Assembly (NCBI RefSeq): GCF_001194135.2
Contig: NC_068987.1
Location: 99,152,302-99,198,568, forward strand
Origin: Octopus bimaculoides
Lineage: Eukaryota
Length of the DNA: 46,267 nt
Direction of reading: 5' to 3'
Part shown: piece after piece, positions 35,684-46,267 of the stretch
Layout: the number at the start of each line of letters is the position of its first letter
Position numbering within the stretch: position 1 is the stretch's first letter
Notes under the pieces: model-generated
The model's input: the letters and a program-made list of their open reading frames with translations, nothing else
Told to the model about the DNA's origin: nothing
The model's database searches: none
Translations under genes and position numbers: made by a program

Positions 35684-38170
35684 CGTTGCTTCCTTCTGTT
35701 GTCCTTGCGTCTCCTCTTCACTGCTATACATATCTCTCTCTTTATCTCCCTCCCTGTCTCTCGTCGCTCACCTTTGTTCCACTTCCTTCCTTTTCCTCCC
35801 TCTATCACTCCTCGGTGATCACATGTAACCTGTGGTCACATATTCCTTTCTCCATTCGGCCCGCATAAAGGCAAGACGAACTACTATCTCTCTCGCGTTC
35901 GGTTAAGGTTGTTTTTACTGTTTAATTTTTCCTGTCTTGGTTTTTGTTTGCTGTTTTGAAATCCTCCGCTGAGCAGTATTATGGTGGTATGGTGCATAAA
36001 ATCACTCATATTGATATTGTCAGCATGAAGATTGCCTTTTGATATACCCAACGATGGGTTAGCGGGCTGAAACATCGAAATCACTGTCAAGAACGGTCTT
36101 GTTTAAGAATAAGTTTGTACTCTAGTAAAATACAGAGTAGCCCAGCCCAGTAAGGTATCGATTAATATGAAATTGTTTCTATTGTTCCTAAACATAACAA
36201 TAACAACGTATACATGCATGTGTGTTTGTGTGTGTGTACGTGTGTATGCATATATGTGTATATTTTATATCATAATCTTCCGTTTTACTAACCGCATCGT
36301 AATGAAATACATTTGAGTGCCTCACTGGTGTAGCAAATTTGTGACTTGGAATTCAAAAGACTATTTAAAAAACAAAAAAAAAACATAAATGGTGTTTATT
36401 TTAGATGACGCGGAATTAAGCTAATAGCTAACATATACATTCTATTATCTTCTTACTTTTAAGTATACTACGTTGTTTAGTATACTTAACGCAGTATAAG
36501 CACATTCTAGTGTGAAAGTAATCAGCGAATCATTGGCTTGAGGTAATGAATCCAAATCTTTATGCTGATATGTGCTACTATCTCTAGGACGAAGAATAAT
36601 TTTCGCAAGCAACTTTGCATTAAATATTTAAGTTTTTGCTCCTGTAGCGAAAGATGTAATATGCGTCTCTCTGCATCTTATGTTACTTTGATACAAATCA
36701 CACTTTCTTACTTACTGAGCCTCTTTAGGCTGTATGTAGATTACTTGTGTATATACTTATTTAAACACTAAATTACACGGTGAAAGAGAACACAGAACGA
36801 TTCTACGGCAAATGATTATCAAATGTGTCCTAGCTGTTAGTCATCCAGAGATGATGTACTTATATGAGCGCAGGCACATCGGTTTAGATACTTTTGATTC
36901 GAAACTCCGTCTTATTGTCTCCATCTAACTGTATAACGCATTAGCGAAAGTTATTCTTCTGCATACTCATGTAGAGGAATACCTTTGATACATTTATACA
37001 TGTTTATATAAATATTTGGATTCACTTCTCCCTTTCTTTCTGATCTCCCAAAGAAGATTTTTAGGCTGAAAATGTGGAATGTACATATGTGCGTCTCAGC
37101 GTGTGAGTGTGTGTGTGTTTGTGTGCGTGTATACATATGCAGAGCTACTGATATTTGTGTATAAATAACCTAATGCTTGAATAATGTGCCTGTGACAGTT
37201 GCGTTTGTATGTTTACCGGTGTAAAACGCAGCATCTTTTTTTTTAAAGGGAAACATGCCTCGACGAATAATTTTCATGATTGTAATAATGATTGCCAAAA
37301 TTGAAAATATCTGAAAAGGTACCTAAAGGACACTGTAATGAATTAAAATATTATTAATGATTACCGTTGTCAAACAGTATCTCTGTGACCAAAGGCAGTA
37401 AAACAGGTACGGGTGGGGGTGGAATGATGTCGTCAAATCACTTTTAGAGTTCAGTAATGGATGATAAAAATTTCCACAGTTCCCAAAAGAAGGAGAATTT
37501 GAAAATCTTACAGGTTGTGTGGAAAAAAAGATTTAACACCAAAATTAATTTCAGTCCGGAACTGCTATTCTTACATTTATGCAATATTCGAAATGAATTA
37601 TTGGGCATTATAATAACGTAAATTATCTTAATTGTCATGGCATAAAAATTCGAATATCATTATTACTAAATCGAACATCACGCGTATACATATACTTTAA
37701 TCAAGCAGTTCAACTCAATATTGCAATAAAATTGTTAAAAATTCTGAATTCAAATTGGTTTCATATCTTAAAAATTATGAATCAATAGAGATGTAATTAG
37801 TGCAAAAGCATTGCTAATTTAGCGACAACAGTTCCAAACATTAGAAAACAAAAGAAAAGATTTTCTTTGTCATTAATGGAGATACAAAAAATGTTAAAAC
37901 GTTATAAAGAATACAATAATGTACGGTAAAACAGAAATTTAATAATCAAATTAAATATCTTGAATGTATAATGAATGGTAACGAATCAATAATTATGAGA
38001 ATAAAAATGTTTCAGTAACTAATTACAAACGGTCGAAGAAAGAAAAAAATGACAACAGCGATAAAATCTAACTTTTAACAATGTCCATACACAAATTATG
38101 GTTGCTTCATTGTTTTTTTTATTTATCATTATCATTTGTTACAGTGTTTTTTTTTTGCGATCCATACAGA

Positions 38171-38291
38171 TTCTTCTTCTTCTTCTTCTTCTTCTTCTTC
38201 TTCTTCTTCTTCTTCTTCTTCTTCTTCTTCTTCTTCTTCTTCTTCTTCTTCTTCTTCTTCTTCTTCTTCTTCTTCTTCTTCTTCTTCTTCT
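38171..38291. repeat. (TTC)~40 microsatellite
   Basis: Direct reading. Confidence 0.99.
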
Positions 38292-38499
38292 CCTTCCTTT
38301 GCTACTGTATTCAGTCGTATATTAAAATCGCACTTAGTTGTTACGAATTCATAGAACCAGTATGGAATAAATGTTTATCTGGTTATATTCACACCCAGGG
38401 ATTTACAATTTACCTCAATCATTTTCAGAAAGAATTAATTTACTGTTTTACAGTATTTTATTTTCCCTTTCACTCTACCCTAAAATAACTAGCATACAG

Positions 38500-38840
38500 A
38501 CGAACATCGACTTGTACCGGATATCTTCATGCAGAACTCTTCTGATAATATTCATCCTGAAATCCGGTGGTCCTTTTCAATGTCTCTAACTTTCTGGGGC
38601 GTTCTCTTAAACTTTTTCTACAAAGATGTGTGTTCTGATGCTCTTAGGAACATTTCTATGCGTTTCGCGTTTGGCTGTAGATGTTGGATCCTCGTCGGCA
38701 TTTTCCAGCTCTTTTCGATCTTTGACAAAGAAGGATCGGGCAACATTCAGGAAGCAAGATATCTCTCTATCATTAGGTTGCGCTTTTAAGGCAACCATTA
38801 CAACGTGCAGTTTCATTTGCTGATCCAACCCGATATCTCA
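38500..38840 (-). mobile_element. Tc1/mariner transposase N-terminal (HTH) relic
   Basis: QQMKLHVVMVALKAQPNDREISCFLNVARSFFVKDRKEL..SIRTHIFVEKV, then after a frameshift IIRRVLHEDIRYKS. Confidence 0.7.
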
Positions 38841-39062
38841 CACAAATAGCTTAAATTGTTGCCTTTGTTAAGCTGATCAGTATTCATTCAGTTTTATTTC
38901 CAAGTTTTGACTATGTTCATTTCAGAAACTTGTTGCTCATCGCAATATATTGATATACTTCTGTTTTAATCCCAGCATACATTTTACACCTATCATTTAC
39001 ATATGCCATGTGCCCGAATCTCTATGTAATGAACAAAATATACAGTTATCATTTTCAGTACT

Positions 39063-39335
39063 ATCCTCCTCCTCCTCCTCCTCCTCCTCCTNNNNNNNNN
39101 NNNNNNNNNNNNNNNNNNNNNNNNNNNNNNNNNNNNCCTCCTTCTTCTTCTTCTTCTTCTTCTTCTTCTTCTTCTTCTTCTTCTTCTCTTTCTAGTCGTC
39201 ATCCCCCTCCTTTTCCTTCTCTGTTTCTCCTAGTCTCATCATAACAACCACCACCACCACCGCCACCACCACCGTCGCTGTGGTTGTCGCGGTCATCATC
39301 GTCGTCGTGGTCATTATCATCATCATCATCATCAT
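39063..39335. repeat. (CCT)n-gap-(TTC)n followed by CCA/GTC/ATC tracts
   Basis: Direct reading; N at 39092-39136. Confidence 0.9.
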
Positions 39336-39659
39336 TAGACATTAAGAAGAGTGCGATGCGATTGTAATTAGCAGAGATGTTATCTTCGAACTAAATCTGA
39401 AGAATCTTTTTTTAGGATTCATGCTCTATTTATCTTCGTGAAGAGTTACGTCAATTTTTATAACATATTATAATTATTTTTGTTATTATCATCATCATCA
39501 TCATTATATTCAATATTATTACGCAAATGCAAATGTAACCATAATATATCGTAACATCTCATGGAAGCATCCCTGCCAATTTAATTATTAAAGATATTAT
39601 CTTGAAGCTTCGCGACGTTGTCTCCTTAAATCTCAAGAATTTATTTTAGGAATCATGCA

Positions 39660-39995
39660 GAATAGTAGCTGACACTTTTCTACAGGTTAACAGTGTGTGT
39701 CGGAATTCCAATATTTTTCAGGCTGTTGGGTATGGCCTTTGTGATAAGTTCACCAAGTCTGACAGGAATATTGTCTCCGTCAACTTCCACAGTCTCTATT
39801 TTTTTTTCTCTGACAACTTTTTTCTTTGACAACTTTTTTTCTTTTTTCAATTTTGTCAATTATCATCGGCATAAAATAGTTCTGGTTCTTGTTTATACCA
39901 CTATTTTGTGTCTTCGAACCCAAAAGCCTGGCTAGCAACATAATGCTTTATTTTACCGTCAGAGCAATACAAGCGTTTGTTATCGATTTGCGCCA
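39660..39995 (-). mobile_element. Old, internally deleted R4/Dong-like RLE relic
   Basis: KLAQIDNKRL..FGFEDTK*WYKQEPE (cf. KLAQxEYKRRH..WYEHxPE) and DNIPVRLGELITKAIPNSLKNIGIPTHTVNL*KSV. Confidence 0.6.
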
Positions 39996-40096
39996 GTTTG
40001 AAAATACACACACATACACACACAAACACGCACACACACACACATACACACACACAAACACACACACAAACACACACACACACACACACACCTAGT

Positions 40097-40350
40097 GAAG
40101 GCACCTGGCCTAGTATTTAGGCTGTTGCACTCAGGATCACTACATCGTGTGTTCGATTCCTTTATTGGGAGGTGCATTGTGAAGCAAAACACTTCATTTC
40201 ACGTTGCACCAGTCCCCCTTTCGATCATGGGGGAAAGTTCACTTGTTCAACTAGCCAGCGGAGTGTCGTCATTTGAAGGTGAAAACAATGGAAACACATT
40301 GTAAATAGCGATGTGTAACAACAAGTGTTACCCTGGTTGGTTACGTGATC
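40097..40350 (+). mobile_element. SINE family C with alternative tail
   Basis: TGGCCTAGTATTTAG (A-box-like), GTTCGATTCC (B-box), GCAAAACACTTCATTTCACGTTGCACCAGT core; follows a (CA)n tract. Confidence 0.75.
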
Positions 40351-40418
40351 ACGTGATGCATTTACATACATATACATATACCCTCTCCCCCACAAATATA
40401 TATATTAAAAGTGAAACA

Positions 40419-40790
40419 TATGAGGTGCATTGCAGTAGCTTTGCAAGATATTCGGGTGAAACATTTATTAAGTTTTAAAGAAGCAACACGCACCAGTCAC
40501 CATCAAAATAGGTTTTTCTAGCACTTTGGTACTCGAGCCATTTCTTGAAGCCCCAATGAAAGTACTCCAAATTGAAGGTCTCTAGGTTCCTTTGTCATTA
40601 CTTACATCTTCTCATTGTCCTAAAAACGAATGCCCAACAGGGTCTCCTTAAGCATGAAGAACAAGCAAAAGTCGCAGGGAGCAAGGTTTTGACTGTAAGA
40701 AATCGGAAGGCGCGTTTTTATGTCTATTTCTGTCAAATAATTGGTTACAGAGATGGAATTGTGATAAGCAGTGTTTTGTAGGAAGATGCC
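40419..40790 (-). mobile_element. mariner (DD34D-type) transposase C-terminal relic plus terminal repeat
   Basis: LQNTAYHNSISVTNYLTEIDIKT/SYSQNLAPCDFCLFFMLKETLLGIRF../EYFHWGFKKWLE..YFDGD; ends ..GCACCTCATA. Confidence 0.8.
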
Positions 40791-41379
40791 TGCTTCGAAT
40801 CTCCAAGAAAAATATTTTGATGTTTATTAAACCAGATAGTAATTTTAGAGGTATAAATTTACTAAAATAATAATGAACTAGGACCGATGTAACTACCTCT
40901 CACAAAAAGCTCTGAAAACTTTTTGGAATGCTGCTTGTACGTTTATATATTCCAATTTTAAAGATAAAGATAGTCATTTAAACAACAGAGATCTGAAAAT
41001 CCAGACTAGATGTTTTGGTATAGACGCTTTCTCGTTTCTGCATTGGAAATGTCATGTGAATATTCATCGATAAAATTTTAAAATATGATTTATATGTGCT
41101 ATTCTTATGATTGTGTTCATAGTATTATTGACTTTGATGGTGTTTAACAGGAATTAAGCTAATGAAATCATAGAAAAGCGATATCAGTCACGATGGACGC
41201 GATGCTAATAAATATAAAGATTATAATAATGGTAATAATTATTAGAACAAAGATCATTTCAACATCAAACACATGCATATGAAGCTAATTGCAGAATGGC
41301 GCTTAGAAACAGAAATACAACGTTAGGCACAAACGGGCGTAAGTGTACAGCCTGACACATGAAATTCACAGGCACAAAA

Positions 41380-41540
41380 GTATATATAGATATGAATATG
41401 TGCACACATACACATATATACGCGCGCGCACACATACACGCACGTGTATGTATATGTATGCATATATGTATGTTATTATATATATATATGTACATATATA
41501 CATATATATATATATATACACCTATATATAAACACACACG

Positions 41541-41582
<42 letters not shown>

Positions 41583-41670
41583 TAAATAGATGAATATATA
41601 GACATGTATATATGTGTGTGCATGTGTGTGTGTGTATAATACACACATGCATACACATAATGTACACACA
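41380..41670. repeat. Compound TA/CA/TG dinucleotide tract
   Basis: Direct reading. Confidence 0.9.
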
Positions 41671-42103
41671 TATATATTATAAAGAAGGAAGTGATTAATC
41701 AACAATACATTGGTGATTGAGTATTGTCTGTTAATAGTTTGAGTGCTGTTGGTAGAAAGTGAATAATTTCGAGGAAATGAAATTTACAAGTATTCAGTCA
41801 TATTACTAGAATTTTCAGGCAGTTTTCAAAACCGTATGCAAGCGAGATATTAAACGAGATTTCATATAATCACAGATGTGGCACGTAAGCCCACGCTTAT
41901 CCCTCTTCTCTGGACACTACTCTGCATATAAGATGAAAAGCCATGATGTTAAACATACAATTTTCCTTCATAAATACCATTGCCGTGATTGTCCCTTCGA
42001 TTTCTATTATTTTTGCTTGAATTCGTCTTTTACTTACTCATTTGTCCCCCCCCCCACACACACACGTGTGTATATATATGTGCGTACCTACATACATATA
42101 AGT

Positions 42104-42137
<34 letters not shown>

Positions 42138-42650
42138 NNNNNNNNNNNNNNNNNNNNNNNNNNNNNNNNNNNNNNNNNNNNNNNNNNNNNNNNNNNNNNN
42201 NNNNNNNNNNNNNNNNNNNNNNNNNNNNNNNNNNNNNNNNNNNNNNNNNNNNNNNNNNNNNNNNNNNNNNNNNNNNNNNNNNNNNNNNNNNNNNNNNNNN
42301 NNNNNNNNNNNNNNNNNNNNNNNNNNNNNNNNNNNNNNNNNNNNNNNNNNNNNNNNNNNNNNNNNNNNNNNNNNNNNNNNNNNNNNNNNNNNNNNNNNNN
42401 NNNNNNNNNNNNNNNNNNNNNNNNNNNNNNNNNNNNNNNNNNNNNNNNNNNNNNNNNNNNNNNNNNNNNNNNNNNNNNNNNNNNNNNNNNNNNNNNNNNN
42501 NNNNNNNNNNNNNNNNNNNNNNNNNNNNNNNNNNNNNNNNNNNNNNNNNNNNNNNNNNNNNNNNNNNNNNNNNNNNNNNNNNNNNNNNNNNNNNNNNNNN
42601 NNNNNNNNNNNNNNNNNNNNNNNNNNNNNNNNNNNNNNNNNNNNNNNNNT
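42138..42650. other. Assembly gap (N)
   Basis: N run after (TA)n. Confidence 1.
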
Positions 42651-42863
42651 AGGAAAAGGGCTAAATTAAAACTAACACTGTTAGAAATAGAAAACAAGAT
42701 TAAACTCTCCCATGAAAAAGAGAGAGCAGAGAAAGAGAAGAGAGCAGTAGAAAGCATAAAAACAAACCCCCAAGGCTTTCTATAGACTTCTACGGTACAG
42801 TATAAGCTAGGACCCCTATTCCTGCCTAATGGCTCACTGACTGCGGATCCCACATGGATAAGT
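42651..42863 (+). mobile_element. CR1/jockey-group LINE ORF2 fragment (linker between endonuclease and RT)
   Basis: KLKLTLLEIENKIKLSHEKERAEKEKRAVESIKTNP/KAFY../LGPLFLPNGSLTADPTWIS (cf. IKxNPKxFY..IGPL). Confidence 0.65.
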
Positions 42864-42964
42864 CATTCCCTGTAGTTCATCTGCTGGACTGTGGCGATGT
42901 TTTTTGTATAGTGCCTCTGAATTGCCTCGAGTTCTGCTGTCCGTTTGACACTGTGTGGTGACCA
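42862..42964 (-). mobile_element. CR1-like LINE ORF2 C-terminal fragment, inverted
   Basis: WSPHSVKRTAELEAIQRHYTKNIATVQQMNYRE*L (cf. WSP...LExVQRRxTK....LSYxERL). Confidence 0.8.
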
Positions 42965-42984
42965 CAACTGAGAGGTGAGGCGGC

Positions 42985-43152
42985 CAGTAGATTAGATCGT
43001 CCCCTGTTCGCAACTAGTACTTAATTTATTGACTCCAAAGCATGAAAGGCAAATTCGACCTCGGCGGAATTTGTACTCAGAACATAAAGACAGACGAAAT
43101 ACCGCTAAGCACTTCGCCCGGCATGCTAACGATTTTGCCAGATTGCCACCTT
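42985..43152 (-). mobile_element. SINE family A
   Basis: Reverse complement AAGGTGGCAATCTGGCAAAATCGTTAGCATGCCGGGCGAAGTGCTTAGCGGTATTTCGTC. Confidence 0.92.
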
Positions 43153-43559
43153 AGGCAAACAAAAATAATGTCGATGCATTCTAATCACATCCAAGGATAT
43201 GTCGTCGTTTGGCCACATTGATAACCTAATTCATTTTTATGTTGTAATTAATAACCGTAAAATGCAACAGAAATAATGTAATAAAAAAACGCTCTCCTCG
43301 GCATTGAATATTTTGTTTTGTACGTGAGGAGCATTACAGATACACACGTACGCACGCACGCACGTACGCACGCACGCATGCAAGCACACACACACTTCCA
43401 GGCACACACATGTGCACATACACACACGCACGCACTCACACACACATGCACACACACACACGCACGCACTCGCACACACACTTATGTAAGTAAATGCTTT
43501 ATGCCCTCCAAAAAGTTCATAAATCATTGTAAAAAGGGTTACTTTAATCAGGGAAGGGT

Positions 43560-43808
43560 GGAGGCGGGTGGCTTAGTGGTTACTGTGTTGGGCCCAGAGA
43601 AAATTGTGGTTTCGATTCCTGGACCGGGCGATGCGTTGTGTTCTTGAGCAAAACATTTCATTTCACGTTGCTCCATTCCACTCAGCTAGCAAAAATAAAT
43701 AATCCTGCGACGGATCAGCGTTCCATCCAAGTGGGGAATATCTACTCCACTGAAACCAGCCCTTATGAGCCTGGCATGGATCGAGAAGGAAACATTTCTT
43801 CTTCTTCT
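43560..43808 (+). mobile_element. SINE family C, full length, (TTC)n tail
   Basis: TGGCTTAGTGG A-box, GTTTCGATTCC B-box-like, CORE-like TTGTGTTCTTGAGCAAAACA, tail ..GAGAAGGAAACATTTCTTCTTCTTC. Confidence 0.85.
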
Positions 43809-43811
43809 ATA

Positions 43812-44010
43812 ATGAGTGAAGGACATGTACGTGCAGCCAGGTCGAAGGCCCAACCTTCCGAATTCTTTTACAGGGCTTAAAAGAACTGAAAGACCGCTGT
43901 ATTAAATATGTAAATCTGAGAGGGGAATATGCTGAATAAAATCAAATTTAACTGATCCTCTTGCCCTTCCTTTTACCCAAAAGACAGGAACTTGTCAATA
44001 TCCCATCCTA
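43812..44010 (+). mobile_element. mariner transposase C-terminus plus 3' TIR remnant
   Basis: AQPSEFF/LQGLKELKDRCIKYVNLRGEYAE* (cf. EGIxKLxxRWxKCIxxxGDYVE), then CAGGAACTTGTCAATATCCCATCC-TA. Confidence 0.75.
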
Positions 44011-44269
44011 TATTATCAAACACACTATGCATGGAATTGTAATGTTTCTCCAGCTACCAACTGTATTACATCTTTGATTGGACATTCCTGAATAACCAAT
44101 ACCAAACAATAATTGTTATTCATTTTGTCTTATAAGAGTGAAATGAAGAAATGGATAAATATTCTCTCTGAATTTTCTGATTCCTCTGATGTTTCCAAAC
44201 GTATATAATATGGTTTCAGACACATGGAAATGAAAGCCATGAAATGTATGAAATAAAGAAAATGAATTA

Positions 44270-44513
44270 CACACACAGACACACACACACACACACACAG
44301 ATAGACACACACATACACATACATACATACACGCACTCACGAATACACATGGACATATACACACATACACATACAGAAACACACACATCTAAGGATTTAT
44401 GCCTATGTATATGTGTATACGTTTGAATATATTAACGTATATGTGTGTGTTTTTGGTTGTCTTTGTGTTTATATTTACGTTAAATTCACATACATAAATA
44501 CATACATCCACCC

Positions 44514-44573
<60 letters not shown>

Positions 44574-44660
44574 CATACATACATACGCATATATATGCAC
44601 GTACATACTTGCATACATACATACACACATATGTACACATACACGCATATACACCCCCAC
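44270..44660. repeat. Compound CA/TA/TACA tracts
   Basis: Direct reading. Confidence 0.9.
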
Positions 44661-45846
44661 ACATATTGTGTTTTTCGCTCGTCATCATGGTGTATCCAAT
44701 TTTATTATAATAAGATCATATTGAGACTCTAAATAATGCACACATATTCACGCAGAAATCTGCACATATATATCTGTACGTATCTCTATGCATACGTGAT
44801 TATTTCTCTGTGTGTGACTTTGATATTTGCATTTGTACGAGGATATCATTTGGTATAGAAAATATCAAAACATATATTAATAGTGGGATTCCATATATTT
44901 ACTGGAGTAAATTTTATTGATATTATTGATCTGATTTGGATACGAATTTTATTTTTAACGGCATATTCAGACCGTGATTGAACAAACCGCCAAAGGTGAA
45001 AATTTAAGCCTTAAATTGACTCAGTGTAATCGATACATGTATTCGTTAGTGAGTGATGCCTATGAGTATCTGTGTTTGTTTGTGCACATATACACTTATA
45101 TTCAAATATTTCTACTTAATGGATGTGCGGGATGATTTGTATTCTTTATTGAAGACTGATCTGGAGACTTTATGAGTAAAAACATTGAAACCGTTCACAT
45201 CCTAGCATGGGAGTTGTATATAAAACTTCGAAAAACAACATGAGTAACTCTTCAGTGTATATTTCTATCAGAAACTCAACGAAACCTCATGACCGTACAT
45301 AAGCATGAATATAATCATGAAAAATATTATGAACGTATTGCTGGCTTTACTGATTCTAAATACACATATGTCTAACACTATATTTTTCTGCGCAAAATCT
45401 TGTGAACTGCTATATCATTTTGTATGCAATTCAATCAAAGAAAAAAATAGTGAGAGATGAAAAGGAAGAGGGAGACAGATGCGGAGAGAGAGTGAGAGAG
45501 AGAGGGAAGGATCCAATTGCCTTTAGAAGACTTAGCGAGTGAATACCTGGATATATTTACACCAGGAAAGCTTACGGACGTACAGAGGGCACTTCTGGAT
45601 GAAAGAGTTACACCTGCTATCTTACACTAATTAATTTCGCAAACATACAGCTGCACACTAATTAGGTGAATTTTATAACATACCGTAATGATATTATTGT
45701 ACTTTTAACTGTTTAGAAGTACCTTTGACTGCTCTGGGTTTATTTTTTAACACGCATACGCACACATACACACTTAGGTACACACTCCCAAACATATATA
45801 TGTATATATGTGATATAAGCATATATGTATATATAAATTATATACA

Positions 45847-45887
<41 letters not shown>

Positions 45888-46267
45888 NNNNNNNNNNATT
45901 ACATAACCTAAACCTCCACACTGACTCATTTCACAAGCTCCACATAAAACAACGGCTATCTAGTACAACGAAACTTCTTTTTCTTGTATTTGTTGCTCCA
46001 TTCTCCAAGTAAATACATAAACTACGGTTTAAGCAACATATTACCTGCCTCTGGACGCCCTCTTCCCAAGACGGGACCCATACAGGTGATCCCCAGGAGT
46101 GCCTCCGGATTTAAACATCCGCTGGTTGCTTGGATGCTTCAGTCTACCCCTGAAGGATCGAGGCAAACCTACCACTGATCCTTGGTGAGAGAGACAAAAT
46201 CTTGGCAATCTTATATCTACTTTTCAAGTGAAATACTTCACTGATATCGAAAAGGTGAAAACAAGCA

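Noticed and set aside
36030-36095. Possible hammerhead remnant CCAACGATGGGTTAGCGGGCTGAAACATCG
   Set aside because: Two core mismatches, weak stem II, and no clean NUH or stem I
4640-38840. C-terminal (4640) and N-terminal (38500) Tc1/mariner pieces as two ends of one giant element
   Set aside because: 34 kb apart, on opposite strands, with no matching TIR pair; independent fragments are more parsimonious
13504-43620. tRNA genes at A-box/B-box sequences
   Set aside because: No cloverleaf or acceptor stem; each continues into a SINE body repeated elsewhere in the window
46075-46105. R2-like HDV ribozyme start GGGGATC..GGTCCC on the minus strand
   Set aside because: Only ~9 nt between the P1 strands, too short for P2/P3/L3

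Overview
AT-rich, repeat-dense eukaryotic draft-assembly DNA with 14 N-gaps. The SINE and microsatellite landscape strongly suggests an octopus (cephalopod) genome; this is an inference from repeat families, not verified. I found no intact protein-coding gene and no recognisable host exon. Nearly all ORFs in the supplied track are translations of microsatellites, N-runs or decayed transposons. The window holds: (1) seven relics of R4/Dong-like restriction-like-endonuclease (RLE) non-LTR retrotransposons from several subfamilies, six of which end directly in (TAA)n read on their own sense strand, including a head-to-tail array; (2) two copies of an unclassified ~550-bp non-coding element ('X'), each bounded by TAA repeats and lying next to the same R4/Dong subfamily in the same orientation, a candidate non-autonomous TAA-targeting passenger; (3) three tRNA-derived SINE families (labelled A, B, C here), one with a built-in microsatellite; (4) four Tc1/mariner fragments plus one near-full-length dead copy; (5) a hAT transposase relic; (6) Penelope-like GIY-YIG relics, a good minimal hammerhead-ribozyme-like motif at 28546-28593 and a degenerate one near 25590; (7) CR1-like LINE fragments; (8) many microsatellites. 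All element calls come from manual translation and motif recognition; no database search was run.
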